From positions 12,152,001 to 12,216,000 of the forward strand of contig OX597822.1 of NCBI GenBank assembly GCA_951406725.2: DNA of 64,000 nt. The letters run 5' to 3'. The stretch comes from Octopus vulgaris (taxonomy: Eukaryota). Below the pieces are notes generated by a model. The model did no database searches. It had not been told where the DNA came from and saw only the letters and a program-made list of their open reading frames with translations. The translations under genes were made by a program, and so were the position numbers. Below are positions 27,300 to 41,021 of this stretch, in pieces (position 1 is the stretch's first letter; every line of letters begins with the position of its first letter).

Positions 27300-27422
27300 T
27301 ATACGACGGGCTTCCGCCTACTAAATTCACTCACTAGACTAATAGAAGACACTTGCCCAAGGTGCTACGCAGTGGGTCTGAACACAGAACCATGTGTTTG
27401 GAAAGCAAGCTACTTGCCACAC
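26663..27422 (-). mobile_element. SINE family R split by a nested palindromic insert
   Basis: Tail at 26663-26840, head and CORE at 27302-27422 ('gaagacacttgcccaaggtgctacgcagtggg'). Confidence 0.8.
26957..27241. mobile_element. Fold-back (palindromic) element inserted in (TA)n
   Basis: Nested perfect inverted arms: 25 bp (26957-26981/27105-27129), 16 bp (26993-27008/27073-27088), 18 bp (27025-27042/27049-27066). Related copy at about 54915-55075. Confidence 0.8.
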
Positions 27423-27461
27423 ACACATACACACACACACACACGTACACACACACATATA

Positions 27462-27530
27462 TAAAGAGGTTTGGGGAATGACAATGACTTCGAATTTCGG
27501 GCTGCTGCTCTTCGTCGGAGGAAACTTTCA
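27462..27530 (-). mobile_element. Short PLE-like terminus with degenerate hammerhead
   Basis: Minus strand CCGACGA-A-gagc-agca-gccc-GAAA; 3' end next to a TA/CA tract. Confidence 0.5.
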
Positions 27531-27809
27531 CGCTTCTACGTATAAAAGTATAATATGCATATTGTTATAGTTCGTGGTGGTATATCAATTGCCAATCAAT
27601 AACACGCACTAAATGATTGGTCTTCACCTCAGCTTTATTATTATTCTTTTTAGTTTCATTTTTCTGAAATCTTTCCTCACACATCTTGTGACCTCTTTAG
27701 CGACTCGCCATCCCACGTATCTTCTCCTGTACAGATTCGATCCATCCAGTCTTTCTGACAGGATTTAGGTTGAAGACCAGCAGTTTGAAGGAAGGGAATT
27801 ACTAGAGTA

Positions 27810-27965
27810 CATCCACTCCAGTACTCAACTGGTACTTATTTTATCATCCTCGAAACGATAAAAGGCGAAGTCGATTTGGGCGTAATTACAATTCAGAACG
27901 TAAAGACGGACGAAATGACGCTAAGCATTTTGTCCGGCGTGCAAATGATTATGCCGGTTCGCCAC
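27810..27965 (-). mobile_element. SINE family M, diverged
   Basis: actggtacttattttatcatcctcgaaacgataaaaggcgaagtcga...gacgaaatgacgctaagcattttgtccggcgtgc. Confidence 0.75.
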
Positions 27966-28753
27966 ATTGAGGCTGTATTATATTAAAAGTTTAGAACAAT
28001 GCAAAAAAATACCTCAAAGTAATAATTAAAGTAATGAAACGTAAATACAAAAAGGAATAAGAAAACGCAGATACACCAGTATTTTTACATTAATTTCACC
28101 ACAAAGAGAATTACATTGGTTGAGGCGTGGCTGAAGTGTGAAGAGGCTTCTCTATGATCATGTTGATTCAGGTTCAGTTCCCACGCGCGGGAAGCTAGGC
28201 TAATGTCTGGTATTAGGCCCACGGTTCGAAAAATACTTTTGAGTGGATTTGTTTGAAGGAAACTGTGTTCTCAACATAATGTGTGATTATGTTTATATGT
28301 GTGTGTATATATGTGTATATATATATATAAGAGCACTTGTATTTGAAAAGGTTTAACGAAAGCACTCTCACACTAGAAAATATCTTCTTCCCTCAAGAGG
28401 TTAGCAACATCCTCATAACATATTACATAACATTAAAACTTTACACTCCAAAATCTGTATTAAGAAATCCTCATAGATATTCAAATATACATATGTGTGT
28501 GTATGTGTATGTGAATATGTTTTTACTCCTTTCTTTGTTTTGCAACCGATATTGTTTAATTCACGTAGTCGTAAACTACAAAATACCTCACAAAAAATAG
28601 AGAATCAATAACCAAAACAACACTCATAACGAAGCAAAGTGACTAGTGTTGGTTCGTCCCCGGAAGCTATTGGTTCAGCAAAACTAATAGGATATGCATC
28701 AATATGCATCAATTTGGTAGCTAGCCCTGTCGGCATCATTTCCACCAAAACAA

Positions 28754-28966
28754 GGCGGCGAGCTGGCAGGATCGGTAGCACGCGGGGTGAAATGCTTAGC
28801 GGTATTTCGTCTGTCTTTAAGTTCTGAGTTCAAATTCTTCCGAGGTCGACTTTGCCTCTCATCCTTTCGGGGTTGACAAATTAAGTACCAATTGCGTACT
28901 GGGGTCGATTTATTCGACTGATCCCCTGTCCAAGTTTCGGGCCTTGTGCCTAGCGTAGAAAAGATT
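28754..28966 (+). mobile_element. SINE family M with tail type 1, full length, 16-bp TSD
   Basis: ATTTCCACCAAAACAA at 28738-28753 and 28967-28982; A-box-like ctggcaggatcgg and B box gttcaaattc. Confidence 0.92.
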
Positions 28967-29297
28967 ATTTCCACCAAAACAAAAGAAGTGAAGCTAAAGA
29001 AACAGTGGGGTTCAAATCGGTACCTTTATGTGCCAACAAACAAAAAGAAAAATTAGGGAACACTAGCTCAAGTAAAAGATTACCCATCCCTAATAAATAT
29101 ATTCATGTGGAACCGCCATATCCAAACATGTTTTTCTTATTCCATTGTTTTCCTCATTCCTTTCTGAAAAAGAGCGTAGGTTCGAAACTTCAGAAGCCTT
29201 TCCATTTCTCCTGAACTGTAAACTAAGACACATTGTATGTTGTTTCCACACACGTACGCTTGTTCCATGTACATTTGCACCATATATACATATACAT

Positions 29298-29344
<47 letters not shown>

Positions 29345-29346
<2 letters not shown>

Positions 29347-29523
29347 CTCTTTTACTCTCTTTCTTGTTTCAGTCATTTGACTGCGGCCATGCTGGAGCAC
29401 CACCTTTAGTCGAGCAAATCGACCCCGGGACTTATTCTTTGCAACCCCAGTAATTATTCTATCAGTCTCTTTTGCCGAACCGCTAAGTGACGGAGACGTA
29501 AACACACCAGCATCGGTTGTCAA
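29345..29523 (-). mobile_element. SINE family R, 3' half
   Basis: tactcttttac...cagtcatttgactgcggccatgctggagcacc...cagcatcggttgtcaa. Confidence 0.88.
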
Positions 29524-29531
29524 ACACACAC

Positions 29532-29576
<45 letters not shown>

Positions 29577-29634
29577 TAATTAATAAATAAATTAATAAAT
29601 AAAATAATATATAAATATAAAAATATACATACAT

Positions 29635-29696
<62 letters not shown>

Positions 29697-29754
29697 ATAT
29701 ATATATTTAAAATTTATAAGTTAAAATTATTTAAATAATTTTTTAAATTTTAAC

Positions 29755-29843
29755 TTTTATATTTTAAAATTAATTTTATGTATTGGCTTATGTTTTTCAC
29801 TGTTTGATTTGCCTAATAGTGGTTTTATCTCTAATTTAATATA

Positions 29844-29845
<2 letters not shown>
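29755..29845 (+). mobile_element. 3' terminus of the 52.4-kb PLE-like family, lacking the hammerhead segment
   Basis: aattttatgtattggcttatg...aatagtggttttatctctaat matches 52528-52580 and ends at (TA)n. Confidence 0.6.
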
Positions 29846-29888
<43 letters not shown>

Positions 29889-30533
29889 CGTGTGTAGAAA
29901 CTTTGATCATAGAACAAACATCAAATTCGAGTCAACGACTTTATATATAACACCATACCTCCAAACATGTGATCATATATAAATATTACCCTGGTTCTTA
30001 AACATATAAAATATACATATACGTAAAAACACAGAAGGTAAGAATATAAATGCGAATAAAAATGCAGATATATTGAACGGCTTATCAAAAAGGTAAATAC
30101 AATCGACTAAAAATTCTAAAGCGTTCCGTTATTTAATAAATGGAAAAGAAATGTGTTGGAAATATATATTTGCATACACATATAAGGCGGAGAGCTGACA
30201 CAATCGTTAATACGCCGGTCAAAATGGTTAGCAACATTTTGTCCGTGTTTACATTCTGAGTTCGAATTCCATCGCGTCGGTTTTGCTTTTTGTACTGTCC
30301 GGGTCGATGAGAGGAATGCCACTTGTAAGATCGACTTATCCCCTTCTATGTACGTGGTGGCTTTATACCATAATTTAGCTAGCTATCGATCTATCGATCT
30401 GTCTGTCTGCCTGCCTGTCTGGCTATTCATCCGTGGGTGTCTTTTCAGAACATTGGTTTAAAAAGACACATCAGATGCCATGATGGTGTAGATAAAGTAG
30501 GTGATCAAATTCTGCATAAGGAATAGTCAATCA

Positions 30534-30620
<87 letters not shown>

Positions 30621-31226
30621 TGTGTGTGTATGCATGCGTGTGTGCATGTATGAATACAGATGTGCATGAATATATAAAGTACATATGTCTAAATATATAG
30701 ATATATTGTCGTAAACTATATATATATACACATACATATATACTATGTATTTATCTATGGATGAATGGATGGATGGATGTATGCGTGCACGTAGTTTTGC
30801 TTTTCTCTCCTGAATGTCTCTATAATATATTTCTACATAATGCATAAAACAGACACATATTGATAGGCCTGTGCGTGTCTGTGTGTGTCTGTGTGCGTGT
30901 GTGTGTGTGCATGTATGCGTGTCCGTGTGAGGCTAGCTATGACGGTATGTGTTTCTGTGCGTGCATATTATTCATATGTAGAATGGAATTTAGGGAAAAA
31001 TGGAAGAATCATTACAAAGCAGTGCTTTCAGCAACGGAGCAAGCAACCTAATTATAAAACTGTCATCTGAATCTGCACCTCAAATCCATCAATGCTGTTT
31101 ACATGGATATTATAGGCAGATGGGGGAGATGGTACGGCGACAGCACTAAGGAGATGTACTCTACTACAAGTACACAAACACACACACACACACTCACACA
31201 CATATATATATATATATACACATATA

Positions 31227-31266
<40 letters not shown>

Positions 31267-31281
31267 TATATATATAGAGAG

Positions 31282-31340
<59 letters not shown>

Positions 31341-31357
31341 CAGAATATAGATAGATA

Positions 31358-31402
<45 letters not shown>

Positions 31403-31418
31403 TAAGTGTGCATATGTG

Positions 31419-31455
<37 letters not shown>

Positions 31456-31458
<3 letters not shown>

Positions 31459-31859
31459 TGGCTGTGTGGTAAGTAGCTTGCTTACCAACCACTTGGTTCC
31501 GGGTTCAGTCCCACTGCGTGGAATCTTGGGCAAGTGTCTTCTGCAATAGGCTCGGGCCGACCAATGCCTTGTGAGTGGATTTGGTAGACGGACACTGAAA
31601 GAAGCCTGTCGGATATATGTATATATATATATGTATGTATGTGTATGTTTGTGTGTCTGTGTTTGTCCCCCTAGCATTGCTTGACAACCGATGCTGGTGT
31701 GTTTATGTCCCCGTCACTTAGCGGTTCGGCAAAAAGATATCGATAGAATAAGTACTGGGCTTACAAAGAATAAGTCCCGGGGTCGAGTTGCTCGGTTAAA
31801 GGCGGTGTTCCAGCATGGCGCAGTCAAATGACTGAAACAAGTAAAAGAGTAAAGGAGTA
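31456..31859 (+). mobile_element. CORE-like SINE family R, near full length
   Basis: gagtggctgtgtggtaag...ggttcagtccc...cttgggcaagtgtctt...actgaaacaagtaaaagagtaaa. Confidence 0.92.
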
Positions 31860-31902
31860 TATATATATTCATATGTGTACATATGTGTATACATAGATAC
31901 AT

Positions 31903-31934
<32 letters not shown>

Positions 31935-33003
31935 CAACACACACACGCACATATATTATATCTATATACCTACACATATACAGACGTCTTACAAAAATAC
32001 ATATATATATATGTGTGTGTTTATAAATATATACATTGCTTGCATACTTTAACATAGAGAGGCACTCATACACACGGCCACATACACACTTATATATTAT
32101 ATATGTGTGTTTGCAGGTGTGTGTGTGTGTGTATGTGTGTATTTGGGCGTGTATATGTGTATGTCCGCAAGTTCTTGTGCACGTGCACGTGCGTGCGTGT
32201 GTGTGTGTTTGTTTGTTTGCTTGGAAATATTTCAATAGCCAGCGGATGAGTTAAAATGTTCAGGGCTGCAGGGTTTTCAGTTGTATTCTCTGATTATTCC
32301 ACGCTTCAACAGATATGTCCTTAGGCTGGTTATTTACCACTTTCATGCCCCGAAACCATAAAGATAAGTAAAATGTCGCATACTGATTTCTTCCGCTCTA
32401 TAACTGCTTTCAGAAAGCCTTGGGAGAATGAGCGTGTGGCTCTACATATAAATGTATGTATGTATGTGTCTGTATATATATATATTTTTTTTTTTTAAAA
32501 GAAAAATTGATGAATATTTGTATATATTTGTTATGCGTATAAAATTTTGAGTGTGTGTGTTTTTGCTTGCAAGAAAAAAGATTGTTTTGAAAGAATGAGA
32601 GCACACATACAATGTACGGTGAGCGAAAGAGAGAAATAAAAAAAACTGGCAAATCGTATGCCTAAGTACATGTATGTGTTCTTACATATGTGTATGCGTT
32701 GGCGATCGTTTGTGTACATATTTACCCCACATACACGCATATATTACATACACACACACTCTTACACACACACACATGTTTACAGCTATAGAGACGTTCA
32801 TACGTGTATGGATACGTGTGTGTATATACCAAGCACGACTCTGTCATTAAGATCATATATTTATTGATATTATACATATAATTATATACCCACACTGACG
32901 CACATACTCACTCACATACGCACATACACACACACTGGTGAGTGTAAACACAAACACACCTCCATAAATTGTATAAGAGTGTGTGTGTATGTGTATATAT
33001 GTA

Positions 33004-33046
<43 letters not shown>

Positions 33047-35809
33047 CTATACATCTATAAGTACGTTTATTCAATCTACCCGTTGTCGGCGATTATTACC
33101 CATGTCAAATATCCCGATTATGAGAAGAGCACTATCAATAAAATAAGAAGTGACTTGTGCATTTCTGATGGTTTCTGCCCTCATCCTCTGCCATCAGCTT
33201 GTATCATTTTAGGTTATTCATATCAACATCCCTCCAGCTCAGTCAGTGGCCTCGGCGATATAAACAAGCCATCTGTTCGTAAAATATTTTTCTGCGGTAT
33301 CGTGTTTACCCGTTCTTTGGAAAAGTTGACGCCAGCAGCGTTCCAATGAACCAAAATCTCTTTCCTTGCCATTGAGTTTGTATGCGTAATTCTTAGTTAT
33401 GTTTTTGATGCACCCATATTTTTATATTTTTATCATTAGTTGTATAATAGAAAGTCACAGGTCTGTCTTTGAAAAGCCTCAAGTCTCGTAAGAGCGAGTC
33501 TTAGCCAGGTTTGCTTGTAAGTGAGATCACAAAAACTTTTTTTTCTGAATCGGACGCCAGTTGATTTCTTAGTTAACCCCTAACCTATTGCAAAAAAATC
33601 ATCAACTGAGTAGCGTGAAATGAAGTGTTTTGTCGTAAAACACATTGCACCGTCCGTTCCAGGAATCAAAACCAGGGTCCGACGACCATGAATCTGTATT
33701 CTAACCAGTCAACCGCTGACCTTCAATGGAATGAACAAGGAAAAATTCTCTTTCGATTTCCAGTTTAAAGTGTTATGTCAATAAGACATATCCCTATTCT
33801 CATTACTTCTAGTGCAATCACAGTGAGGACGACGATAGCTAATCTAATTAGAGGGTAAATATAGTTACAGAACATATGAAGGAAACGGTGAGTGTCTTTA
33901 GTGGGATCAAAATGTTGCGAGCATTTACATTAGACATAGCTCCATGCGTTTACTAAATATTATTTGGAATATCGTCATGAATTACTCTTTTTTCTTTTGT
34001 GGGGTTCCATCCAGTTTATGACGACTTTAGAAAATTTTATGTTGTATTTTGTCAGTTTTATATGTGGTGCTTAAAATAAAACTCCATTTTCGTGCAAAGC
34101 AATATGGTTTGTTGGTGAGACTGAGCGCTAACGAGATTCTAAACGCAAGGTTTCGAAAGAAAATTTTCTTGAAAATTATGAAAATTAAAGAGCATTTTGA
34201 CAAAATTGAACAGAGAAGAAAAAAAGATGATAATGAGACAAAATAATATTTTTCAAAAACAGATGGAAGCATTGACACTTTGCACAGAAAAATACAAACG
34301 TTTTTCTGATGTAGACACAAACGCTGTTGATAAACCAAACTACGCACAGTGAGGAACAAATCCTAAAATATCAGCTAATTGCACGCTCATGCTTGTATAT
34401 GTGTTTTCTATTTGCTAAAACTGGGCAACCAGAAATCTATCTAATTATATCCTTTGTGTTGCAACATATTCCGCAGTTAATTAATTCCATGTCATTTCAT
34501 AGCTTTGGTGTTTTCTGGAGAGAAGGCTTTGATCCTGAGACGCAATGAAAAATCCTTTATTCTTAGCTATGAGTCCTGCATTTCCTAGAAAATATTGCTT
34601 ACTCATTTGTGTTTAACCATCTATTCATTTTTTTTCTTCACATTTTGCACATACAAGACTTTAACATGAAATTCTGTTGCCTTATATTTTCCGTCACACT
34701 TTCTCTTTTCCTCCTTATCCTTCTCACAACTCATTTTAACATCTATTTCTGACTTCACTTCCTTAAGACAGAAATCAGTTTATTCAGCTTTATGTTAAAT
34801 CTTTTATTAGCATGCCATTAATCCTTCGTTATTTCTTAATAGACAGTTTTGTTGTGCTAGAGTAGATATTTTATAATCATTTCCAGCTGCATATGTACCT
34901 TTGATTTCTGTATTTTTAGACTGTTCAACGATTTCTGTAATAAATGTTGCTTAATGTATTCTCTACGTTGTCATTTTCTTTACAATTCCTTATGTCTGGT
35001 TTTATTAAATTACTTTAGTGTGCAAACATTAAACATGAAATAGACACAGATTACATTATCTGTGTCTGCTTCATTCTTTTAGCTGTTTTATCTATTTAAT
35101 CATTGACAGGATGCCTTCGTCACTGTTTCGTTTCATTTAGCTTGTTGTAATGGCGAAGAGAGTAATTCTGAAGAAGTCGTAAGTCTAGTCTTAGCCGTGT
35201 AAAATACACGGTTTATTTCTCATTTTTTTAAAAAATATATCATCCTCTTTTCAAGGCTGCTTTGATGAATCTATCTAATCCAAATTGCATATCAGTTTCT
35301 GTTGTAAATCCAAATATCATATTTTTGTTTTCTTTTTCTTTTTCATAATGGAGAACCTAACAACTTGGGGTTTCGATATTTGCAAACGATTCTTTTTCCT
35401 CAAGCATAATTTATCACCAAGCCCAACTTCAAAACTTTCCTCTTCCAACTAAAAAAATCCCTACGACTAGTTTCTCTTATATGTTGCTCTTCACAACCAG
35501 ATGAGAATCGGCAAAATATGTTCTCTTCTAGGAACAAATTTCTTTTGCAAATTTTTATTTCCTCTTTGCAATATTATTCAATGTAAGCTTTGTGGAGAAG
35601 CCAAATATAGAATCTGAGACTCCAGAGCGTGCAGCTGCTTTAATTTCTCTCCGTTTTCCCCTTTTTCTCTATCACATGACTCTGTAAATGAACAATCTGG
35701 TGAATTGATTTTAATCGCCTAACACTGTATACAGTACGTTTCTCTGCCCTATGTGTCAGGAAGACACTCGGCAAGAAATGGAAACACAACTGAAAGAAGA
35801 TGCTAATGA

Positions 35810-35838
35810 AAATGATAATAATAATAATAATAATAATG

Positions 35839-35928
<90 letters not shown>

Positions 35929-35929
35929 G

Positions 35930-35961
<32 letters not shown>

Positions 35962-35971
35962 GGTGGTGGTG
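35810..35971. repeat. Compound trinucleotide array (AAT)n(ATT)n(GTT)n(GGT)n
   Basis: Directly visible stepwise unit change. Confidence 0.95.
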
Positions 35972-36184
35972 TTTACATTAATATTAATCAAGGAACTTAT
36001 TACCATACAGGCAAAGAAAACTATTCGCAAAGCTGATAAACTCTTCTACTCATTAATTTACACTGATGTACCATTGTAAATGATTAGGCGATTAAAAATT
36101 CTACATACATTGCACCCGTATGGAACCGAAACCGCTTCTTTTGCACGCTTTCCTTCCAAACATTTTCTACGTGTACATGCGCGA

Positions 36185-36211
36185 TGACGTTTTCATTGTG
36201 ACGTCATAAAA
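36185..36211 (+). promoter_or_regulatory. Candidate promoter: half CRE, full CRE and TATA-like box in a CpG-rich unique patch
   Basis: TGACG at 36185-36189, TGACGTCA at 36199-36206, CATAAAA at 36205-36211; many CpGs in 36115-36335 outside any recognised repeat. Confidence 0.35.
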
Positions 36212-36385
36212 CCTACGTTCTTTCGTATACGTTTTTATATTGCGCTCACCACCATCGTATAGGAAACCCTCTGGCCCCCATACGTACATGCACGCTCAAA
36301 CACCCACCTCACACGGACGAACGCGCGCCGACAAATATGATACGTGTGCATATATATGTGTTTGTTTGTGTGTGTATGTGTGTAT

Positions 36386-36420
<35 letters not shown>

Positions 36421-36548
36421 CATATATGTAGGCACGTATATATGTCACCCTCTCTTTCTCTCTCTCAGAACACATACACACACACACACATATATATATA
36501 CACATATTCATACATATGCACACATAAATGCATGCATTCATATGTATG

Positions 36549-36581
<33 letters not shown>

Positions 36582-36582
36582 A

Positions 36583-36613
<31 letters not shown>

Positions 36614-36699
36614 GTGTATATATATAAACATATACAACCATAGAGAGGGGTGTAATATATATATATATATGTTTGTGTGTGTGTATGTGTGTGTATACG

Positions 36700-36734
<35 letters not shown>

Positions 36735-37205
36735 ATATGTGCATGTATGTATATATATATGTGCTGCACGCACACATACACACAGCATTTTGTAATACAT
36801 CACACTACAATAGCCTCACACAACCAAACCATACGCAGACATAGATATACACACATATAGACACCTCTAGAATGACACAACATCAAATCTTATCACACAC
36901 TCACACAGACACACACGCACACACATACTCACCTACATACACACACACTCTTTCGCTCGCACGCACACACCCAACCCAACACTCCTTTACTCTACAGATA
37001 TGTACGTTGCTTGTATTCTTTTTTTTCCTTTCTTGTTTTGATTTATTCTTGTTGGTGTTCCTTATTCTTGTGGCTGAAGGAATGTCACTCTTATAAATAT
37101 ATTGGCGCTCTTATTTTTTTTTTTACCTTCTCTTCGAAGAGCAGATTTTTAATATCCGTGGTAATTGATAGCTTTTCAAAAGGTTTTCGTAGGTTTACGT
37201 TGAGC

Positions 37206-37214
37206 AAGGTAAGT
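37206..37214 (+). other. Consensus 5' splice site (possible end of a non-coding first exon)
   Basis: AAG|GTAAGT; composition switches from pyrimidine-rich upstream to A/G-rich downstream. Confidence 0.4.
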
Positions 37215-38127
37215 ATGAGGAACCTGGCGAAGAAAGAAAAATCTCAGAAAGCTAAAAACTAAACATAACAGAACGTATTTGGGAAGAAAATTAGGAAAAA
37301 ATAAATAAATGGGGAGGTGTTGAGGGTGAAAAAACATAAACGAAGAAAATGGGAATGAATGCAAAAAAAAAAAGGCAAAAATGTTTGGGTTAGTGTAAAG
37401 ATAAGAAGAAATGAAAGAAAAAAGCGGATGGAGAAAGCAAAAATAGGAAAATAAGAAAATGAATAACGTAGGATTCTTAAAGAAGAAAATATGTAAATCA
37501 AAGGGTGTGCGAATGAAAGAGGAATGAAGGAAAAGTAACAAATATAAAATAATGATGGTATGGATCAATAAACGAAAATATAGTTTCTGTCGCTATTTAT
37601 ATTTTTAAGTGTTCGAGGGGGAGAAAGAGAGAAAAGATGAACGTATCATTATGGCGGTCGAATTAGAGAAAGAAGAAACGAGAAAGGAAGAAATAATGAA
37701 TGAATGAGCAGTAATATTGTAAGCGAAATGAAGGAAAAAGCGTGAGTTGTTTGTGAGGAAAGGAAGTAATGAGGAAAAAAAAGAAGGGGATCAGATGGGA
37801 TAAGAAAATATGCAATAAAATCCATCTGTTGTTCATTGATTGTGAACTGTGGCGGCGACGGCCATATTACATGTTTAACATTGGGTTTCTACAGCCCTAG
37901 CTTCTCCCCATAATCCTCTGGGTTTCGTGTGTGTGAGAGAGAGAGAGAGATAGATAGATAGAGGGGAAAGAGAGTCTGTTTCAGTGTGTGTGTGTGACTG
38001 TATTCATGAGTAAGTTTAATTAAGCTTGTGTGTATGTGTGCGTGAACAAGCGTGTGTGTAAGTGAGTAAAATGTTATTTAAATGTTTTCATCCGTGTGTA
38101 ATATGCGTTTATATGTAAGTAAGTTTA

Positions 38128-38200
<73 letters not shown>

Positions 38201-38675
38201 TACATACATATATATATAATTATATATATATATATGTGTGTGTGTGTGTATGTATTCTTACGGACATACATACGAATTCCGCCCCAAATTATACATATGT
38301 AAATGTATACACACACTCATAACATACACACATACATGCTCACACAAAAAGGCACACACACGCACACATACACTCATATATTAATAGGGCGATCGAGCGA
38401 GCGTGCTAGAGAGAGAGGGAGTGGGGGAGGGAAGAGAGTAAGAGAGAGAGTGAGAGAAAGAAGTAGTCAGTGATGTGGCAGAATCGTTAGCTTCAAAGCA
38501 TTATTTCCAACATTATGTTCTGAGCTCAAATTCCATAAAGGCCTATTGTCCCGTCATCGTTTGCGTGAATGGGGGCGATATAACTGGTACCAATTGACAA
38601 TCTGGGTCGCTGTATTGTAATAGTACCGTCAACCAGGCCTTGTGTCTACATTAGAAAGAATTATCAGAGAGACAG

Positions 38676-38721
<46 letters not shown>

Positions 38722-39376
38722 AGAAGTGTCAAATTATTGTTTAATTTCTGGTAGGGAGGAAAATATAATGAAAGCGTAAACTGGAGTGTACAAGGTATCA
38801 TATTAAGTGAGGCAGACAGGCTCGTATTATTGCGCTTAAATAGTTGCAAAATATTTCAGAGCTTCTCTGTCTGGAAATCTGGGTATATGATTGCTGATTT
38901 TCTCCCGTTAACATTACTAATATATAATCGAACAAACATTTTTATTTGATTATATATTTTTACCTTCTGTGATGTTATGTATATGTAATATTTTTATGTA
39001 TTTGATAACCATGGTGGTTTGTTATATATGATTAAATGTTCGAGGGGTGGTGTTGTATGTAAAGTCGTTGACCCAAGTTTGATGTTTGTTCTATAACCAA
39101 TTCTTCTTGGTCTCATTCATATTTCAGCACTTGTTTTTCACCCCTATAAAACCTCTTGTTTCTACAGAAAGAGACAAATATTATTTCTTGTTATATATAA
39201 CAATTCGTTTGGTGAGGGCAGGGACCGCCTTAGAGCCATGGAACTCTACTCTCTCCATTATTTACTTAATCATTCATATTTTATTGTTTTTTTAATTTTA
39301 ATATTTCTATTATAAGTAATTTCCTAGATGGTGTAATTTAAATGTTCATTTTGAATTGATAAAAGGTGGGTTTTTC

Positions 39377-39436
<60 letters not shown>

Positions 39437-39831
39437 CATGCTTTACATCCCTTACACCATTCACATTACAATTCTTTATCTAACCAAACTGCGCAAAATC
39501 CAGGAGTACCTACCTCCCTTACAAATAATCTTTTTACTCAGGAACTATTAGATCTGACACTGTTCATTAGCCGGTGTTCATTTAAAGCAATGAATAGTAT
39601 CTTACGAAACCGCGCGGTATGCTTGAATCTCTTTAATAATCCCATAATAATAACTTTTATGATTTTTATTACTTTTATTACTACCCAACTTCATCTAATT
39701 GTGTATATCTGTCGTTAACTTTCATAAAAAGGGTTTTCTTTTTTTATTTGAAATGTGCATTTTCGTTGATTTTCTTACTTTCCCCTAACATTTCCACGTG
39801 TAGTTTCTATATTACTTTTGTAACATTCTAT

Positions 39832-39936
<105 letters not shown>

Positions 39937-39962
39937 ATGTATATATATATACATATATATAT

Positions 39963-40577
39963 AAAATTTAAAGGACTGACCACTAAAAGTGAACGGTCAA
40001 TATGCTAGACATTGACGTTAAAATCGCTATTTTCCACGAAGAATGTGTTCTCAAGAAAACACTCAGCACAAAACTAAAGTGTAAAAAATAAGCAAGATAA
40101 ATGAAAATATACGAAATCAAAAACTATTACCTATGTACCGATCAGTTTCACTTGTTAATATTCACGTATATGCATAGGGAGGAGTTAGTGAAAAATAAGA
40201 ATAGAAAGAAAGAGAAGAAGAACGAGGAGGTAAAGAGGAGAAAGAAGAAGAAAAAGACGGGAGTGGCCTGACAGCGGTAGAATGTTTGTGGACTTCAATG
40301 GTTAAGTGACTTAAAAGTGATCTGTTGTGACTGTAGCTGTAGTGATTGGAGTTGTTCTGAATAAATTCACGGGTAATGACTGTTCTGAATACATCTTTTT
40401 TAATACTTGCGAGGGTATTCTTCTAAGGTCTTCCATGTGTGGTGGAAGCATTCAAAAGATGTAGATTTTGCGATAAAATACGATTCTTTGTTAATGCGCT
40501 CTTTATAGGTTGGATTGCCTCGTAAATTTATGGAGGGGGAAAATTCTGTAAGTGGTTTGGTCGTTAGTGGCGCAAAT
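39963..40577 (-). mobile_element. 5'-truncated Penelope-like element: GIY-YIG endonuclease C-terminal remnant plus 3' terminus
   Basis: Minus strand 40577 to 40450 translates across frameshifts as ICATNDQTTYRIFPLHKF/RGNPTYKERINKESYFIAK/LHLLN (PLE-type R...E..FI....LN end). Hammerhead 3' half GAAA-CTGATCGG-TA near 40135-40150; both ends at TA tracts. Confidence 0.6.
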
Positions 40578-40578
40578 G

Positions 40579-40653
<75 letters not shown>

Positions 40654-40654
40654 C

Positions 40655-40692
<38 letters not shown>

Positions 40693-40695
<3 letters not shown>

Positions 40696-40960
40696 GGGAA
40701 TTCACAAACAAGACGAAGACAGGTGGTGTAGACAACAAACAGATGTATTAGTATAACGCTTGGGAAGTAAAAGAGTCTTTAACGTTTCGAGCCTACGTTC
40801 TTCCACAGAAAGGAACACACAATGAAACAAGGAGAGAAAATAATGAATGTGTAGTGGCTAGTGATCAGTCGTGGCGAATGCCAGACAGAGGGGTCACACA
40901 GGAAATCTAGGGAGAGGGGGAGAAAATAAAGTATTGGTGATCCCAAAACAAAGGTGCAAG
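40693..40960 (-). mobile_element. PLE-like hammerhead terminal element (family H2)
   Basis: Minus strand cttt-CTGTGGA-A-gaac-gtag-gctc-GAAA-CG-TT-aaag; homologous to 62455-62634 and 52657-52760. Confidence 0.7.
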
Positions 40961-41021
40961 TGCGTGTGTATAAGAGATTTTGTATGTGCGTGTGGTAGAG
41001 GGCTGGTGATCTTGACGTGTG

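Noticed and set aside
34830-35690. Possible piggyBac-like transposase remnant on the minus strand (RREIKAAARSGVSDSIFGFSTKLTL)
   Set aside because: Only one short motif resembles piggyBac; no TTAA, TIR or catalytic motifs confirmed. BLASTX would be needed.
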